A DNA stretch of 63,892 nt, filler included, from Reticulomyxa filosa (lineage: Eukaryota; Protista; Foraminifera), in NCBI GenBank assembly GCA_000512085.1. It is 20 parts of 20 records of this genome, joined end to end, with 100 filler letters (N's around TTAATTAATTAA, not from the genome) between each part and the next. Parts side by side here need not be neighbours in the genome. Positions count along the whole stretch, not along the records: positions 56,007 to 63,892 come from ASPP01000196.1; 19 more parts are not named here. One strand, 5' to 3'. Of the stretch, positions 61,301 through 63,892 are shown one piece after another. The translations under genes were made by a program, and so were the position numbers. Each line of letters opens with the position of its first letter. Positions within the stretch are counted from its first letter, which is position 1. Below the pieces are notes generated by a model. The model made no database searches and was not told the origin of the DNA. It saw only the letters and a list, made by a program, of their open reading frames with translations.

Positions 61301-63892
61301 GTGCATCAATACGTTTGTTGATGGTATCTTTAAATTCGAAAAGATACACGGACATGGTTTTCATTTCCACTAAGCGAGGTATTAAGAGGTTTGGTTTTAA
61401 GTCACCAATTGCCTCTGTTTCCAATTGCGTAACTCGTGTTTTCACAATGGAATCAATAGTTTCGACTTGGGATTTCGCAAGATCTGAAAATACGGCATGT
61501 TTCTTCATGACAAGAAAACACTTGTAACACTGGCCAAGATAGCCACAATCCGAGGAGGTCCAGTTGGAATTTTTTTCCACTTTCTTGGCAATCTCTTGTA
61601 TGTCCTTTTCCAATTGTTTTGGACACTCGTCTAGTTTCCCAACGTTTGTGACATGAGTTTTGCATTGAGACATTTGCTGCATAAATTCGAGTTTACCTTT
61701 CATGTCTTGGAAAAACTTATCTCGTTCCGTATCGTTTCCTTTAATAGTAGTTTCATTGAAGACTCCTTTATCGGCTGTCTCTCGTACCATCTTTTCCAAA
61801 TTATTATTGAGAGCAAGCTTCGCTTCCGAATACGTCCACAGAGCAGAGGTAGTTTCATTTTCAGGAATACCCCAAGATCCCTTTTTTTGTCTAAACGACA
61901 TTATTTTTTGCAAAAAGGGGGTGTTATCACCAACTTCTTTCATGGAGTCCAATACTTTTTCTAAGTCATGTACATTTTTTTGCTCAAAATTGGTACTATA
62001 TTTTTGTTGCAATGATGTGAAACAGCCGGAAGTGTTTCTGTCTAATTCTTTAATTTTTTCTTCAAAATTGAGTGGTATTAATTCGTCACTTTCACCTTTT
62101 AAGTTCATGCATTCAATAGCCATGTCCAGCGCGTTTTCAATTGGCTTTATGGTATTGGCTCCGACCTCACAACGCTTAAATGCATCAAAGCTAGCCACTG
62201 TTTTTTGCTGTACCTTTTCGACCTGATTGGTGAATGTGACTTGTGCAGCTTTGAGATAATTGTCAAGCTCGGGTATTGTCATTTTTATTGACTTTTTCAA
62301 GTTATGCAATTCTTTTAAATTTTTCAATGCCCCCACCGTATCTTCGCTGGCCCATTTCTGCTCTATGCCTGCAGTCATATCTCGAGCCATTGTGGCAACT
62401 TTTGCTTCGACCATCTTTTTTTGATTGGCTGTGCACTTATCTAAAAATTGATTAATATCATTCGCATTTTTGTTGTCAACTATTTCGGCTACTGCTCCTT
62501 CAGCAATTTCCATTTCATATAATACATCTTTTTCACTTTGCCTGATCTCTTCCTCAAGCATATTTTTCATGTGATCAGGTAAAACTGTTAATACTGTCCT
62601 ACAAAGTCGAATATAAGAACCAATTTCCCATGGACGTAAGGCACCCACTTTTTCACGAGCTTCAATCAATTGCTGTCGAGTTTTTAGAATAATGTCATTT
62701 TCAATCTCCTTCCATCTATCTTTGTATAGAGCGCCCTTGTTCATTATTGTGTAAAGTTTTTCGTAAATTTCTCTGGGTGGAAATGAAGCATAAGGATTAA
62801 ATGTGTGTCCAACCAAATGAATATTTTTGTATTTATCCACAATTTCTTGTAATTTGTTTTCAATTCTTTTCCTTAGTTTTTCCACGCGACTTATGATCGT
62901 GTCTGTTTTTTCGTTTCCATTACCTTCTTGTCCTTTTTTCACATCTCCTTCACTGTCTAAAGGCGCAGGTTCACAATAATCTCCTAAAATATCAACAATC
63001 CTTTGGACCAGTGTAATTTTGTTTTCCGCTTCCAAAAAATTCAAAGCGTTCACAGATGCATCGAATGTGTCCAATACCACTTTCATCCATCTTCCAATGG
63101 CAAATTTCGTTTTGTCTGCTGTCTTTTCAATTTCTTTTTGTGCTACCTCATCCACAAATTGGATTACCAAGTGTTGTGCCTCTTTGATATGTCCTAAGTT
63201 ATCTACCAATTCTGTCACTCTGTTTAAGTCCACTTCGTCATCCCCAAGCAGTAACACTTTCTTCAGCGTACTTTTGGCCAAAGTATTTAAAAAGCGCGAT
63301 AAAGAGATTTTAATATTATCGAATGCCCTTTTCATATTTGGATCGTCAATATTTTGCTGAATACGAAGCAATTCAGAGGCAACAGTTGGATACTCATGCT
63401 TTTCAATTGCCTCCAATACCGGCTTGATATCAATTACATTACCGTAGAGTTCGGTTTGATGCTTTAAAAACAGCTCACGAAATTTACAATTAGATTGAGC
63501 AAAGTCATCTAATGCACTCAATGCTCTGGCGATTGTGATTTTTCTTTTCAATGGCTTAGTGCTTGTCTCCACGGCTGCTAATTTCATCATTTCATCGTGA
63601 AGATTCGAATAAGTCTGTTTCAATCGTCTATCAAATAGTTCAATTATATCTTGCGGAAAGTATGCGAATATTATGGGATAATCTTTTTGCAATTTTTTTA
63701 CTTCAGTAAACCGATTGAAAATATTTTCGGCTTTTTCAGTCATGTCCATATTGTCATCGTCTTTTTCATCATCATTGTCAGATGTTGCTTCACTTTCGGT
63801 AAAGTTCAAAGAATTGAGTTGACTTTGAACAAAGATGGAATACTTTCTTAAAAATTCTTCCACCAAATCCAATGTGTTTGTGGTTTCTTGTC
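58395..63892 (-). CDS. Giant SecA-like SF2 ATPase with C-terminal vWA domain, 5'-partial (>1825 aa)
   Basis: About 1000 aa helical region; QIGTGEGKSVTLA, YLSGRD, YGT, LLIDEVD, GVSGTL, FGRGTDF, EEVQIKGRTARQG; vWA VLMDATGSM...NEAIEIGL...ILIGDAP. Confidence 0.85.
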   Translation of the reverse strand, partial: QETTNTLDLVEEFLRKYSIFVQSQLNSLNFTESEATSDNDDEKDDDNMDMTEKAENIFNRFTEVKKLQKDYPIIFAYFPQDIIELFDRRLKQTYSNLHDEMMKLAAVETSTKPLKRKITIARALSALDDFAQSNCKFRELFLKHQTELYGNVIDIKPVLEAIEKHEYPTVASELLRIQQNIDDPNMKRAFDNIKISLSRFLNTLAKSTLKKVLLLGDDEVDLNRVTELVDNLGHIKEAQHLVIQFVDEVAQKEIEKTADKTKFAIGRWMKVVLDTFDASVNALNFLEAENKITLVQRIVDILGDYCEPAPLDSEGDVKKGQEGNGNEKTDTIISRVEKLRKRIENKLQEIVDKYKNIHLVGHTFNPYASFPPREIYEKLYTIMNKGALYKDRWKEIENDIILKTRQQLIEAREKVGALRPWEIGSYIRLCRTVLTVLPDHMKNMLEEEIRQSEKDVLYEMEIAEGAVAEIVDNKNANDINQFLDKCTANQKKMVEAKVATMARDMTAGIEQKWASEDTVGALKNLKELHNLKKSIKMTIPELDNYLKAAQVTFTNQVEKVQQKTVASFDAFKRCEVGANTIKPIENALDMAIECMNLKGESDELIPLNFEEKIKELDRNTSGCFTSLQQKYSTNFEQKNVHDLEKVLDSMKEVGDNTPFLQKIMSFRQKKGSWGIPENETTSALWTYSEAKLALNNNLEKMVRETADKGVFNETTIKGNDTERDKFFQDMKGKLEFMQQMSQCKTHVTNVGKLDECPKQLEKDIQEIAKKVEKNSNWTSSDCGYLGQCYKCFLVMKKHAVFSDLAKSQVETIDSIVKTRVTQLETEAIGDLKPNLLIPRLVEMKTMSVYLFEFKDTINKRIDALLTAYKKKSSGVDIAALATQLEEELTGVGKMIVAEHSVFKGFSVALFNQKTLAHGIDYVLEKIRAKGDPIDKSKLRKMYDEFNTKYRQFVQSNLSKVKNDPKQLSVFANNARMCARGIKQIPGNEKWDASVRDNIPEVMANIFALWTLQQAQYYHDAQDVKDQNNYLVQPHPAQVISIFRMLGVEEKKTGLTNHLIQIGTGEGKSVTLAVTCCVLALFGFDVSCTSYSEYLSGRDFKSFEQVFNILGVIDHIHYGTFNKICERIINEGGDVRKLVENLILSDNEKKSNEVEQVIRSKILLIDEVDVFFNKDFYGSCYSPAVTLRHDTITKLIDFIWKNKASLKFDDVKRSNEYKACCNILKAWDSLLDEAIKDMLSDIQNFLSHGYQVGNDKIGYKEQDGISYNIRYGYKTLFAYYHENAQNKISDESLKNNIFLSFQIGNFSYAEVPKNFYRIMGVSGTLETLSAPEQEVVEKEYHVSKHTYMPSLFGDNNLLFAQQKDISVVNENDYFITLNKEIDDRLVGKTQGVKRAVLVFFETKKQLTEFHESSNFLAMKDDAIMMTEDNSFEEKESLIKRATGSGQVGLFTKAFGRGTDFYCRDQIVSANGGAHVIQTFLSEELSEEVQIKGRTARQGESGSYSLVLCDKSLEKFSITQQDIQDARNAGNFYPMFNAKRSDFFKTQYAENKKFVEYASKEHELGEKLITAVKKNDVNIVKKMLCERNKGAEVAKSSRTVVLMDATGSMHQVLQNAKNAVFTMFERIATVLKDHGLPSNTFEMQFVVYRNYNAPEDMLLQASPWESKPANLRSFMESINAGHGMGNEAIEIGLAHVNKEAEKDGVSQVILIGDAPANTKQEVTARRQNRGENYWKTTKFPSPTYYEDELARLKQRGVIVHAFPVGSWPKGNFDSIARAAGGRCAELQVTQGSNQGSEQLTNLVSEEVLRNAGGSKGGALVDAYRAKFASKSHV

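Noticed and set aside
44868-63892. A defence island made of NB-ARC, ERI1-HIT, toxin-like, TRAF, PARG and SecA-vWA genes
   Set aside because: These genes lie on different contigs (only the toxin-like gene and TRAF remnant share one), so their adjacency results from concatenation.
58395-63892. Canonical bacterial secA
   Set aside because: About twice the normal length, with a vWA C-terminus, a non-SecA N-terminus and host-type repeats on the same contig.

Overview
This window is not one contiguous locus. It is 20 short assembly contigs joined by 19 artificial 100-nt spacers (44 N + TTAATTAATTAA + 44 N), so neighbourhood across spacers carries no biological meaning. Contig spans: 1-5142, 5243-7169, 7270-10640, 10741-12325, 12426-13535, 13636-15451, 15552-21401, 21502-24232, 24333-27045, 27146-31798, 31899-33461, 33562-38992, 39093-42798, 42899-45426, 45527-47176, 47277-50706, 50807-52648, 52749-53835, 53936-55906, 56007-63892. 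Most contigs come from an AT-rich, intron-containing protist. The WD40/Kelch/TRAF-like families and poly-Asn tracts point, by my inference, to the foraminiferan Reticulomyxa filosa or a relative. Recognisable protist genes are Nup214-like, Sec15, an NDR kinase, CARNMT1, an SthA/DLD-like flavoprotein, an ADF-H protein, the CPSF73 C-terminus, an ERI1-HIT fusion, PARG and a giant SecA-like ATPase-vWA protein, plus many pseudogenes. Two contigs are bacterial: an AT-rich manC-wzm-wzt-GT4 surface-glycan operon (possible endosymbiont) and a GC-rich multicopper oxidase-cupredoxin pair. The most interesting observations are the intronless SecA-like ATPase-vWA giant, a cysteine-less DLD/transhydrogenase-like enzyme, the ERI1-aprataxin/HIT fusion, an ExxRN toxin-like domain, a helical box shared by WD40 and Kelch propeller families, a solo-LTR-like repeat family, a CAGT-ended MITE-like family, and introns with A-rich acceptors. 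All family assignments rest on recalled motifs, not database searches.
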